Assembly: GCF_006345805.1 (NCBI RefSeq) | Contig: NC_042997.1 | Coordinates: 129,890,001-129,954,000, forward strand | Source of the DNA: Octopus sinensis | Lineage: Eukaryota | Reading direction: 5' to 3' | Length of the DNA stretch: 64,000 nt | Made by a program: the position numbers and the translations under genes | Notes under the pieces: model-generated | The model's database searches: none | The model's input: the letters and a program-made list of their open reading frames with translations, nothing else | Told to the model about the DNA's origin: nothing | Shown here: piece after piece, positions 51,169 through 64,000 of the stretch | Numbering within the stretch: the stretch's first letter is position 1 | Layout: each line of letters starts with the position of its first letter

Positions 51169-51225
51169 CATACCCACATTTCTGTGTCAGAGTGTATGTG
51201 CCTAAAATACATAAGCATATATATA

Positions 51226-51570
51226 CATGGTGCAATGGGTAAATTGTCACCATTTTATATTTTTAATTTTGTGCTTGCATAGTGTTTGTTTTTGATTTTA
51301 TCAACTACACAGTATAATAGGGTCAGATGGGCACTGTTTGTGAGAAAAACAGCACCATGACACAATTTTCACTCTGCCAGAAATTTGGAAACAACATGCT
51401 GTACTGCTTGTCATTTGTGCCGGAAGCTCAATACAAACATTTCAGAGTGTTTGGGTGTCAATTTGAGGACAGTGCAGATGATTCAGAATGAGTTAAATGA
51501 ATCTAAGGGTAATTACGAAGGTACGGCAGCCCTGATATGAAAAGAATTCCTGAATTTGTTGGTGAGACCC
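51226..51570 (+). mobile_element. Tc1/mariner left end with transposase N-terminus, degraded
   Basis: TA|CATGGTGCAATGGGTAAATTGTCAC terminus; ATG at 51357 with broken HTH-like translation ..HAVLLVICAGSS..NISECLGVNLRTVQMIQNEL; possibly the same family as 5440-5965. Confidence 0.6.
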
Positions 51571-52219
51571 ACTGGGCCATTGTGCATCCACATACACACA
51601 CATATATATATATATTTATATATATTATGCATGCACACACGCACACACTCATGCACATGCATCTATATAAATATGTATGTATAAATATGTACACACATAC
51701 ATATATACATACTTACATATACATATATATGTATACAAACCTAATAAAATTATATTATACTTGAATACCCTTAATATTTTCATAATTTTATTCCATGATA
51801 CTCCAACATCACGATAGAGGGAAGAAAATATACAGTTGTAGGTACAAAGGTGAAACAGCTAGAGGTTCAGCTGGAAAGTGAAATAGTCAGAATACCAGAG
51901 CAAGTTTTAGAATTCTCAGTTGAAATGTGATAGTGTTTTGAGAGGAGTGTTATCTCCAAATGCATTGCAGCTGGCTTCCATGTTATCAGCTGAGAAACTC
52001 TACCTGGAAGCAGACAACTTCAGTATTATAACATAGCTGTAGTAGGAATGTTTGCTTAATGTGGACACACATCACTTCTGGTCAATAAACCATACAAATG
52101 TCTGCTGTGACACAGAGTCTACTGTGACACGGTCTTCTATGATATAGTTTCTCATGACTTATATTTAGAGTATTTTAGAAATATCAGTTTATTGCACACC
52201 CCTCATTCATTGGGCAAAC

Positions 52220-52737
52220 TTTGCTTGCAAAGACATATTGAGGCAAGTGAAATCAAAATCACTGACATGGCCAATGACAGTACTGCCTGATTGGCACTCA
52301 TGTTAGCGGAACTTTAAAAGCACAGCTGAGCGTGATCATTGCCAGGGCCACGGATTGGCTCCCATGCTGGTGGCACGTAAAAAGCTCCATTCAAGCGTGA
52401 TTGTTGCCAACGTCGCCAGCACATGAAAACCAACATTCAAACATGGTCATTGCCAGTGCTACTGCACTGGCTTCTGTCAGGTAGCATGTAAAAAACATCT
52501 TTTGAGCGTGGTCGTTGCCAGAACTGACTGACTGGCTCTCATGCCAGTGACATGTAAAAGCACCCACTACACTCTTGGAGTGGTCGGCGTTAGGAAGGGC
52601 ATCCAGCTGTAGAAACTTTGCCAGATCAGATTGAGCCTGGTGCAGCCTTGTGGCTCACCAGTCCTCAATCAAACCATCCAACCCATGCCAGCATGGAAAG
52701 CAGACGTTAAACGACTATGATGATGATGATGATGATG
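52220..52737 (+). mobile_element. SINE family C with internal repeats
   Basis: Family C tail and repeat units; interrupts a ~20-bp minisatellite (52080-52160 and 52800-53110). Confidence 0.8.
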
Positions 52738-54374
52738 CACTTACTAAATATGTCACTCACTTTTTAATATTATGCCCTGTCTCTCCAAGATACGCTCCAT
52801 CTAACATGATAAATGAAATCTACCATCACATACAACCTGCTATGAAACACATAACACACAATGCATCGTGACACGATTCTCTGCCAAGCCACACACCCAA
52901 CCATATTACATAGTACAACCTCTACCATGATACATACAGTCTGTCATGACAGTCTCTGCTATAGCACACAACCTACTACGAGATATTGTTGACCATGATG
53001 CACAGTCTCTACCATGGCATGTAGCCTGCCATGACACACAGCCCACCATAAGATACAGCTTACTAAGACACACGTTCTATACCAAGACACACAGCCTACC
53101 ATGACATAAATACGCTCTATCGTTACTCACCATCTCCTGTGAATAACTGACGGTTTGCCATGAATAATGCAATGATCCCTTTCATCATCTTTTTTAAGTC
53201 ACCCTCCACCATAGGCCTTGCACTAACCTTTCTCTCCTAAACATCACTGCTCATGTTTTTCCTACAGGTATTGACTTGCAGTGTCTTTAAGATGGACATA
53301 AATGGCATCAATTCAGTAGTCTTTGACAGCCCCTTCTTAAAAAGGACTTGTTTGCTAGATGAAAGTAACGTACATCTGTTTTTTCTCCATTTTCAGCCAA
53401 ATTTTTGATAAAGCTCTGTGTTGCAATATTCAAAATGAGATCTCACCATTATTTTGAAGAGTGCTAGCTGCACGATTTTTGTCAGTCATTCTTTACTTTC
53501 AATGCAGGAACATTATTATATGCAATTTCTTATCAATGATCATGCACAAATATTTCTCAGTGGCTCCAAATGCATGATCTTTCAGAAAATAAGAACAATT
53601 AAATGCAAAACTAACTACCATTACTTAGACAAAAATAGTTTATTCAAATTTGACATCTTTGCACTCCAACTATCATTCACAGTGTTAAATATAAAGACAT
53701 TGGAAAATAATTTGCACATATTTTCAACAATCTTTTATATATGAAACCAACAAACAAGATGGGACTTAACATAGAACTTTGTGAGATGCTATTTCTTGCT
53801 TTCAAGATGCTATTTCTTGCTGTCAGCACAAACATTTTACCTTCTTTTACAAGAAATTTACAGTTCTTTTCCTAAGGCTTGCTCTATAATTTCTTAAGTT
53901 TTAAGAGCTTATGCAATTTTGTAACGTGTGGTTCTTCCCATATTGCAAATAGAATGCTGTTGAGGATAGGAAGATGGTTGCTAAGAACAACAACTAATTT
54001 TCACAGTAACCATGGATGCCATCCAACTTGACCTTAGTGCTTTATTTATGAATAAGACTCTCGGTTTTGTAAAGACCACATTTTTTGTGATGCCGAGAGC
54101 AAGCAATGGATACCCTTAAAAATATGTTGTGGTTGAGGTCAGAAAGATTGTACCACCATATGGGAATACACTACTGAAGAATGTGTAAAGTGAAGATAGT
54201 ATTTTTCTTCTAGAGAGACAATCTTGAGTCCCTTGGTTAAGTTTCCTCGTATTTTGAAGAGAATTTAACTTTGTCATAGCATTGAAAGTCATAGCAATAT
54301 TTTCTTTTGACATGTTCTTGTCAACAATACTTTTTGATGATAGTCAGTTTGATAATGTTACAATTCATATATAA

Positions 54375-54725
54375 ATCATCATCATCATCGTTTAACATTC
54401 GCTTTCCATGCTAGCATGGGTTGGACGATTTGACTGAGGTCTGGCGAACCAGATGGCTGCACCAGACTCCAATCTGATCTGGCAGAGTTTCTACAGCTGG
54501 ATGTCCTTCCTAACGCCAACCACTCCGAGTGTGTAGTGTGTACTTTTACATGCCACCGGCATGAGGGCCAGTCAGTCAGTACTGGCAATGGCCCTGCTCA
54601 AATAGTGCTTTTTATGTGCCACCTGCATAGGAGCCAGTCCAGCGGCACTGGCAACAACCTTGCTTGAATGTTTTTTTCACGTGCTACCAGCACAGGTGCT
54701 AGTAAGGCGACGCAGGTAACGATCA
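54375..54725 (-). mobile_element. SINE family C
   Basis: Family C consensus. Confidence 0.85.
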
Positions 54726-54979
54726 CGTGTTAGCCGAGTTACAAGTTTTGATTACTATTTCATAGTGAGTCACTATGAATGCCTCTACCCTGTCACCTGA
54801 TCGGCCAGAAATAGCAACTAAATCTTCCTCTTTCACATTATATTATTGTACAAATAAAGAATGTGTGATCCTCAATGTATAAAAGAATTGAATTGTCTTA
54901 GTTTTGATCATGATTGGGCAGACCATGATCTGCTCAAGCATGGCTGATCTAGGGCCAAATTATAACTATTACAACTTCT

Positions 54980-55375
54980 ACCAACCACATGGTTCTGCAT
55001 TCAGTCCCACTGCGTGGCACCTTGAGCAAGTGTCTTCTACTATAACCTTGGGCCGACCAAAGCCTTGTGAGTGGATTTGGTAGACGGAAACTGAAAGAAG
55101 CCCTTTGTATATATGTATATATATGTATGTGTGTGTGTATATGTTTGTATGTCTGAGTTTGTCCCCCCACCAACACCACCAACATCGCTTGACAACCGAT
55201 GCTGGTGTGTTTACGTCCCTGTAACTTAATGGTTCGGCAAAAGAGACCAATAGAATAAGTACTAGGCTTACAAAGAATAAGTCCTGGGGTCGATTTGCTC
55301 GACTAAAGGTGGTGCTCCAACATGGCCACAGTCAAATGACTAAACAAGTAAAAGAGTAAAGAGAGTAAAGAGTAT
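54980..55375 (+). mobile_element. SINE family B
   Basis: Family B consensus with AAAGAGT tail. Confidence 0.85.
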
Positions 55376-55876
55376 CTACAGAGTCATGAAGAACTTACAA
55401 TAAACATCACTAAAAATTGTAGTTCATTCATTTTCCCAGTTGATTCTTGAAACTCTGGTGTCTTATGGCTGCATAATCTGATTTGAAGCAATTAAGATAG
55501 TTGACAGAACCATTTTCTGTAGAATATCATTAATGACTGCCACTTTCAACATAGAAAGCTGTTGCTTTAATTCTGTAAATATCTCAGACTTCATTCATTA
55601 GAGTAATATTTAAGAGACTGAATGTTTGCAACCATCCTGTTGAGGTTTGGTTCACTAATATGTTAACAAAGATAAGAATCATCAAGAGCAGAAATAAAAA
55701 TCTTTAAATGTACAAGGTTATCAGGTACAGAATCATTGATTCGGTCAATTCCCTTGTTAATATCTTAAGTAGTTTGCCTTCTGCTTTAAAGTTTGTGATA
55801 ATTTTAACATCTTTGGAAAACAATTTCTTCACAAAGAGAACAACTTCTTTAATGCCAGAGACTCTAAAATCTTATA

Positions 55877-56245
55877 CAGTAATCTCTTGACTATCACAGG
55901 TGTTATATTCCAAACCCTCCTGCGATCGCGATCGGTGAAAATCTGCAAAGTAGAAACAGTACTGTACTGTATATTTTTTTTAATTATTTTTATAATTTGT
56001 ATATATTTATTTTGTTATAAATGCAGAACAACACCATGGAAGAATCAACATAAGCTTAAATAATAAGCCATGATGGGTAAGCTATGATAGGTGAACCACA
56101 ATATATGAACTGCAATATATGAACTGCAATAGGTGAACCACGATATGTGAACCACAATAGGTGAGCTGTAATAGGTGAACCGCAATAGGTGAACCATGAT
56201 AGGTGAACCACAATAGGTGAACCGCGATATGGTGAGGGATTACTG
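55877..56245. mobile_element. pogo/Tigger-like MITE with an internal 14-bp tandem array
   Basis: TA|CAGTAATCTCTTGACTATC ... GATATGGTGAGGGATTACTG|TA; (AGGTGAACCGCAAT)-like units at 56075-56230. Confidence 0.75.
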
Positions 56246-56519
56246 TATTCTGTTATTAAAGCTTACATAAGTGGCACCTTGAGCAAGTATCTTTTCATAT
56301 AGTCGCATGCCAACCAATGCTCTGTGAGTGAATTTCATAAATGGAAACTGTGTGGGATCCTATCATGTGTATGTATGTGTGAGTGTGTGTGTATGTGTGA
56401 ATGTGTGTGCTCATATTTGTGCAAGTGTCTTTATGTTTGTGCAAGTTTATTTTTTACTCTGTCGATAGAGACAGTCTCTTTTTTCCTGTTAATGTCCACA
56501 GTGAACATTTTCGGTGTGC

Positions 56520-57660
56520 TTCTAAAAATGCGATAGGGTCAAGTGTAGGGAAATGTGAGTGGTCCCTTGATGGCATCATTTCTTACAAACATGTGAGTCC
56601 AAGTAGAAATATCTGGAGGTACTGTAGAAGAAATAAACTGGTCATGAGGAAGCATCGGTGGCAGGTCAGTGAAGGTTGACCTGAGTTGCGTGACGTAAGA
56701 TGTGGGATCCACATTTGGTAAGTCGATGGGTGCCAACATTTGTCCTGGAAGTGCTAAGGTGGTGCCATACAGGAGCTCAGAAGAGAAGTAGCCTAAATTC
56801 TCCTTGACAGCTGAGCGGCACCCCAGCAGAACAATGGGGAGAAACTCAGACCAACAATGAGGTTCGGGAGCTGTATGAATAGCGGCTTTGAGCTGGCAGT
56901 AGAATCATACCACCATTCTGCTTACGGCGGGATGGTAACTTGTGATGTGGATGTGCTGAACTCCAAGCAATCTCAAAAGTTCACAGAACAGACAAGCTTC
57001 AATGACAAGCGTCAGTGAAGGTTGACCTGAGTTGCGTAACGTAAGATGTGGGATCCACATTTGGTAAGTCGATGGGTGCCAACATTTGTCCTGGAAGTGC
57101 TAAGGTGGTGCCATACAGGAGCTCAGAAGAGAAGTAGCCTAAATTCTCCTTGACAGCTGAACAATGGGGAGAAACTCAGACCAACAATGAGGTTCAGGAG
57201 CTGTATGAATAGCGGCTTTAAGCTGGCAGTAGAATCATACCACCATTCTGCTTACGGCGGGATGGTAACTTGTGATGTGGATGTGCTGAACTCCAAGCAA
57301 TCTCAAAAGTTCACAGAACAGACAAGCTTCAAATTGGAATCCATGATCAGTAGTAATTCTAGAGGGTACTCCAAAGTGAGATATCCATCCGAAGATGAGT
57401 GCTCTGGTGACTGTTTCTGCGGAAATGTCTACAAGGAGGATGGTATCAGGCCTTCTGGAGAAGTGGTCGATGCAGGTTAATATGTAAGTAAATACATACC
57501 TGACCAGCCAAGGACCAACCAGGTTGATGTGTATGTGATGGAACCTGGTGTCTGGTGGCTAGAAGGGCCCAAGAGGTGCTCTCACGTGACGATGCACCTT
57601 GGAACACTGACATGGTAGACAGGTATGTGATCAAGCAGTAATAGACCAACCCATATTTGA
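56520..57660 (-). mobile_element. Gypsy LTR-retrotransposon integrase fragment with an internal tandem duplication
   Basis: Minus strand RFHHIHINLVGP..YILTCIDHFSR..WISHFGVPSRITTDHGFQF..TSYHP..QLKAAI..ELLYGTTLALPG (integrase core). Confidence 0.85.
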
Positions 57661-59154
57661 CCAGAAAAAGTGGGCCAAGATAAGCTTTACTGTGGCTCCA
57701 AGGTTCTCTGTAATTACAATAAATAGTTCTTTGTGTGTAGAAAACACCTTCTTTGCAGAATAAAACAGTTCTTAATTGTAATCCAAGTCAGATGAACAAC
57801 TGCAGAGTCAAACAGAACTGTAGCAAAACTTGAGCCTGGGTTGCTACAGATATGGACTTCAAAAAAGCCATGTCTCTTTCTTATATAAGGCTGAGTTATC
57901 AGCCAATCAGAGGATAGTTTTCATGTGATAGGCTCTCCAGAGTTTTCTAGACTGTAGTTTGATTCACACATTCCTTCAAATAGTTGTTTTAATGACTGCA
58001 TGCTCTTGACCGTTCTTTATTCTCTGCCGTAGCAGAGAATAAAGAAAAATTGATTAACATAACGTAAATTTAATCATATTAATTTTACCAGTTAGTGAAT
58101 GTTTACTTAAGCTATGGGCAATGTCCCTCCTCCTCAAACTAATTATATAAAATGTAGAAGTAAATAGAAGCAGGTAACTAAAGAAAAGATATTTAATCCT
58201 TTTGATGCTATCCTACCTAAGACAGTTCCTTCCTGATTCAAGATGATCTAAATTTGCACTTTCCATCCAAATTTTATGTTATTTTGTCCTAAACACCAGA
58301 TTATTTATGATAAGATTATACCACTAAATTCTTCATTACTTTCAAAAAATAACTGAAACAAAATCAGTGTGTTCCAACAGAGACTTAGTAAAGAAAGGGT
58401 AAACAAACTGCTCCAAAACCATCTTACTTTTAGCATAGTTTGACAAAAATATAACACAACAAAGAAAAATATCTTTTTTTTTATGTATTTGATGATACAT
58501 GAAAGTTCTATATTTTGGAAGAGAGTAAAAGAAAGATGCAATGTTCATGCATTGCTCAAAAATATTTGCAGAACAAGGGAAACGATATAGTTCTCATTCG
58601 GATTCAAAATAGCATTGTGCGTTCAACAAAACCACACCCAACCGCTTCCTCTATGGCAATTACAGAGAATTTATAACTTTGCTTCAAGGCTACAAATTTT
58701 ACCAATAAATGTTTGTGGATTTGATCTTAGTTCAAAGAAATCTATAAATGCAAAACTATGGTATTTAAAGATAGCAAGCAAAACCATGAAATAAACCAAT
58801 AAACCACTTGCAAATTACACATGAGAAGATGTGGTTAATAGTTATGTAGAGAATTGTGAATTTGACTAAAATAAACAAGTGTAGCAGTAAAAAGTGGCTT
58901 TATTCACATTTTCTATTGATCAAAAACCTGGTTTAATTGTGACAAGCTACTATTGACCATAATAAAATGTACATATGATATGAGGTTTCATTTTCAACAT
59001 CATCAAGTGATTAATACATACAAAAACAATGAATACTGAAGAGTGTTACATGAAAACGCTTAATATATAGAAGTTAATGCAACATTCTGCAATTCTGCAA
59101 TTCTGCAAATTTGTTGATGAATATGGTTTGTGTGTATGTGTGTAAGTGCTTGTA

Positions 59155-59360
59155 TACTCTTTACTCTTTTTACTTGTTTCAGTCATTTGACTGTAGCCAT
59201 GCTGGAGCACTGCCTTTAATTGAGCAAATTGACCCCAGGACTTATTTTTTATAAGCCTAGTACTTATTCTATCAGTCTCTTTTGCCGAACCACTAAGTTA
59301 CAGGGACGTAAACACACCAGCATCGGTTGTCAAATTATGTTGGGGGGGGGACAAACACAG

Positions 59361-59391
<31 letters not shown>

Positions 59392-59557
59392 CGATGGGCT
59401 TCTTTCAGTTTCCATCTACCAAATCCCCTCACAAGGTTTTGGTCGGCCCGAAGCTATAGTAGAAGACACTTGCCCAAGGTGCCACGCAGTGGGACTGAGC
59501 CTGGAACCATGTGGTTGGTAAGAAAGCTACTTACCACACAGCCACTCCTGCGCCTAT
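59155..59557 (-). mobile_element. SINE family B, full length
   Basis: Head TAGGCGCAGGAGTGGCTGTGTGGTAAG on the minus strand through the AAAGAGT tail. Confidence 0.85.
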
Positions 59558-59929
59558 ATGTATATATCATCATCATCATCATCAGCAGCAGCAGCAGCAT
59601 TATTTGATTTGTCCTCCAAGCTAGCATGGCTTGAATGGTAATAGGATCCAACTAGCCAGAGAGGATTGTGTCAAGCTTCAGTGTCTGTTTTGGTACGCAT
59701 TCTACAGCTGGCGACCATTTCTAACATCATTCACTTTATAGAGTGTACTGGATGCTTTTTCCATGACATGCACAGGTGAGGTCACCAAGTAACTCACAAG
59801 ACAAATAAAAGCCCCTTGACTGAGTGGGGTTTTGGCTAAGAGGGAAATGGATTTATTCCAGATGTAAAGAGGCTACATTATGATTGAGGGATAAGCCGTC
59901 TACTAACTTAAACAGTCTACTAACTTTAG

Positions 59930-60117
59930 GGAACCTTCTGGATATCTAAGAAAGTCTATTCCCCCTATGTTCTAAATGTTTATTACTCCTGCACATCTGC
60001 TACACACAAACTCTACTTTCTCTGTTAACCTTCCTATGATTCCACTGCAGCTCTCATGATATGCACTTTCTGACAAGTTGTGGTGCACCTAAGCACTGTA
60101 TACAATAATTTCATTAT
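59930..60117 (+). mobile_element. CR1 LINE 3' end (same family as 33760-35150)
   Basis: GCACTTTCTGACAAGTTGTGGTGCACCTAAGCACTGTATACAATAATTTCATTAT matches the reverse complement of 33770-33825. Confidence 0.8.
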
Positions 60118-60199
60118 ATATTATATATTCCATAGTTTGTCCTCAGCACACTGTATGGAATTTCTACCCACAACATTCCTACATACCAAGCAGAATCAT

Positions 60200-61950
60200 T
60201 TTCCTAAACGGATTAGAATTCAAACTGTTTTCCTGCTGACGAGAACTTTGGACTTGGCTAATTTAACTTTAAGGCCCTTTGATTCCAGGTTTTGCTTTGA
60301 CATCCAGAATTTCAATTTTAATCCAACCTCAGATTCTGCTATCAGAACATAGTCATCGGCATATATAATTCATGAGGACATCTAGCCTTAAATTCATTTG
60401 TTATGGGCTGGTGGAGACTATGATGAATAGGAGAGGTCTGAAAATTGAACTCTGGTGAAGCTATCTGAACTCTAAATTTAGTGCAGTACTTACTAACTCT
60501 AACCTTATTGACAGTACACTGGTATATTGTCTGTATGGTTCTCACAAGTCATCCATCTACCTCTTGCTCCGTCAGGGACTACCAGATCACAAAGCAAGGG
60601 ATCTGTTGAAGGCTTTCTCTAGATCAATGAATGCCAGGTACAGTAGTTTACTCTTAGCTAAATACTTCTTCTGCAGAGGACATTGGTAGAACTGCTTCTC
60701 AGCACAAAACCAAACTGCATCTGTTTCTAATTAATTAGGCTGTGACTCTCTTTGTAACTTTCATGATTTGGTATATCAGTAATTACTTCTATCTAAAGCA
60801 TCTCCTTTATCCTTGTAAAAGTTGACTATAATTCTGCTATGCTAGTCATTAGCGATAATACCTTTCTGTACAACCTGATTAACTATATGGGTGACTAGCT
60901 TGTATCCTGGAAGCAGCTCAGTGGTGATTCCTGATTGACTAGGTGCTTTCCCCTGTTTTCATACCCTTAATTGCTTTATCTGTCATACTGCTGTCAACTA
61001 GAACAGATGGTCCCTCTGTTGCATTCATGTTGAGAAGACCTCTTTCCCTCATGCATTCTCCACATTTAATAGCCTTTCATGGTAGCACTTCCACGATTCT
61101 TTCTTTCCAGAATCACTTAGTGCAAGCATACCATTGTCTATCTACACACTCTTCCCATCCACAACATTTCACTTCTCTCTGATCTTATAACAGAGAACAT
61201 CTCACACCTCCAGTCTTCACATTGTAGAACATTGGCAATCTTTTCTGCTTCTCCCCTTACTATTTGTTGCCTAGCTTCTCTTCAAGTTACTTGGTATAAT
61301 TCTCTAGCTACCTTGTATAACACCCCATTCTTCTAGGCTTGTCTCTTCACTTTTATGGCTTTGCTTACTCCACTGTTCCACCACCATGTTGCTCTCATGT
61401 TTCCTAAGACTGGTCAAAGTTTGATTATCCTATCTCACACTCTGATTTCCTTGGTAACCTTCTCTTCTCTGAGAACAGAAAAAAATATGAGATGGAGTGT
61501 GTAATGAAAGATTTAAGACAACGAACGCTAAAATAAGAACAATAATAAAACTGAAATAAGAATGAAAATTGGCAAAAAAATAAATAAATGACCATCCCAA
61601 AATATAACAATATCTGTTTCAAACACGATTTCACATCAGGAATCTTACAAAATAAATACATAAACATAACTTCTCTACCCATTTCTCAACCAAAAGTATA
61701 CATACACCTTCTACATCATCACTATTGCCTACCCAGAAGAAATTATATCTATGTTCCTTGCTCATGAAAAGTATAACTGAGGCCCCCTTCCATCTTATCT
61801 CTTGCACAGAGCACACATCCACACACCTCTGCTCTAGAATTTCAACAATCTCAACTAGATCTATCTTTCATTGCACCTACATTGATTATGGCTCTTCTAG
61901 GGTTGTGGACTGGACAGGAAGAGTGAGTGGATAGCATCTGAAAACAAAAA
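60200..61950 (-). mobile_element. Old degraded RTE-clade LINE (APE endonuclease start and RT pieces)
   Basis: DVCSVQEIRWKG (APE motif) at ~61800; LYLAFIDLEKAFNR at ~60600-60650; LYADD-like at ~60350-60370; RATWWWNS-like at ~61380. Confidence 0.75.
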
Positions 61951-62299
61951 GATTTGTGTGAACATTTGCCTGAAGATAGTTGGTGCTTGCACATGTCTAA
62001 ATAATTATTATAAGTATTACTGTTCAATGACTTACTATATCTCCCTAATCTTGAAATCCTCGGGCTCCAAACAAAAGAAAAGCCTATACTTAGACTTAGA
62101 AATTCTTACTCAAGTGGAGAAAGGTACATTGCCATTCATGTCAAGAATGATTAACAATGCTGAGTGTCTGCATACACTGTAGATATATTTTACATGTATG
62201 AGGACAACGTATGAGTGTTAATATATATATATATGTATATATATAAATCTATAAATCTGTATCTATCTATATATATATATCTGTCTGCCTGTTTGTCTG

Positions 62300-62360
<61 letters not shown>

Positions 62361-62362
62361 AT

Positions 62363-62417
<55 letters not shown>

Positions 62418-63171
62418 TTATTTATATATACACACACACACATGCACACATACATGAACACACATGTATTTAAATATATATGTGCATACACCCTATTTTC
62501 TATAATTTGATCAATATTTGCAATTCTAGGAAATAGAAATAGAAATAGCAGTTTTTGTTTCCCTAAGTAGGAAATACCAATTGTCTAATTTTAGTAGTAA
62601 GTTAAACTAAGGGGAAAAAATGTTGTGCTGAGTTGAAATAAAATTAGAGCAAAAGAAATTCTCAATTTCGTTGAAAGAATGGAGTTTTCCCTTGAAGACA
62701 TTTCATTCACAAAGTATTAACAAAGTGCAATAAGATTTTGTGAAATTAGTATATTTATCCAAATGAATAGTAGACGAAAGGAATGTGGTGAAAATTCTGT
62801 AGATAAAAAGTGAAGAAGGAAGAAGAGAAGTTGGTATAAAAAGACAGTTTTGATATGGTAGAGTGTATTAAACAAGTTTAAATAAAACAGGAAGACAGTT
62901 TGATAAGGAAGCAAATAAGGTCAGGAAGACTTTGAGTCCATTGTAAAGACTAACAGTTTTTTATATATATATTTATGTATATTACTTGTTTTTATGTTCC
63001 TATGTATATATTTGTTTTTGTATACATTTGCTTCTATATATGTGCATATGTGTATTGCTACGTTTGTGCTTCAATGTATATGTATGGTTATGTGCTATAT
63101 TTCCTTGCATCTGACTGTGTGTTTATGTGAAAAACAAGTATTGTGTCAGGTTGTTATATACATATCATCAT

Positions 63172-63204
<33 letters not shown>

Positions 63205-63212
<8 letters not shown>

Positions 63213-63232
63213 GCAGCACCACCACCACCACC

Positions 63233-63265
<33 letters not shown>

Positions 63266-63720
63266 TAGTCAAGTCTGACTGGCACCCATGTTGGGCAATA
63301 TGCTGTGCTTGTGAAAACCTATTGAACTGAGTGAAATTGTAGTCATGGCCGATGCCAGTGCTGTCTGACTGGCACCTGTGCCGGTGGCATGTAAAACACA
63401 CCATTCAAGCATTAGGCCTCATGGAAGAAGTGACAGGTGACCAAGACCCTTGGCAATATACTGTGCATGTGTTGACCTGTCAATCCAAGTGAGACCATAG
63501 TCATGGTTGATGCTGGTGTCAAGTCAATGGCAACCATATCAGTGTCACATAACAAACACCCACTGCATTCTCAGAGTAGTTGATGTTACGAAGGGTATCC
63601 AGCCAAGAAACTTTAAAAAGTCAGATTGGAACCTGGTGCAGCCCCCAGTTTACCAATTTTCAGCCAAACCGTCCAACCCATGCCAGCATGGAAAGCAGAC
63701 AGTAAATGATGATGAAGATA
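63205..63720 (+). mobile_element. SINE family C, diverged
   Basis: Family C tail CCCATGCCAGCATGGAAAGCAGAC and repeat units. Confidence 0.7.
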
Positions 63721-63847
63721 ACGAAAGCTCACCACTTTATGGATGTGAAATCACTCTATGACCAGACATATATTTTTAACAGCATGTAAATACATTATTG
63801 CTCTATCCTTTAGGATGTGTTTCTTTCTTGGAAATATGATCCACTGA

Positions 63848-63924
<77 letters not shown>

Positions 63925-64000
63925 ACGAAAAAAAACAAAAGACGAAGACAGGTGGTGTACAAAACAAACAGATGTATTAGTATAATGCTCAGGAATAGAA

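Noticed and set aside
53100-55870. Very old minus-strand LINE remnant (GIPYGGTIFLT resembling GVPQGS)
   Set aside because: Too degraded to delimit or classify by eye.
59030-59070. CTGAAGA-gtgttacat-GAAA hammerhead-like string
   Set aside because: Stems I and III do not pair convincingly; may be chance or fully decayed.

Overview
AT-rich, microsatellite-dense animal genomic DNA. The repeat families and composition strongly suggest an Octopus (coleoid cephalopod) intergenic or long-intron region; this is an inference. No intact protein-coding gene is visible, and almost all listed ORFs are microsatellite artefacts or transposon remnants. The window is a mosaic of degraded LINEs (RTE, Dong/R4-like RLE, Tx1/L1, CR1, HERO/NeSL-like), Tc1/mariner, pogo-like and hAT remnants/MITEs, a Gypsy integrase fragment, and dozens of copies of at least four SINE families. 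The most striking signal is a set of short non-coding elements, mostly sitting in or next to (TA)n tracts, that carry type I hammerhead ribozyme motifs (CUGANGA...GAAA-short, often palindromic stem III-UH). There are 8 well-formed cores at 6 loci plus variants. Four of them lie in two ~260-bp-arm near-perfect palindromes (15266-15796, 50243-50772), which look like non-autonomous Penelope-like (PLE) pseudo-LTR or retrozyme-like units. Other highlights are a SINE whose 3' tail is shared with the Tx1 LINEs in the same window, an RTE LINE ending in three C2H2 zinc fingers, an LTR-like end fused to a CCA-containing tRNA-Leu(CAG) copy far longer than a normal PBS, and a 1.27-kb tandem duplication that may be an assembly artefact. 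Repeat boundaries are approximate and were read by eye.
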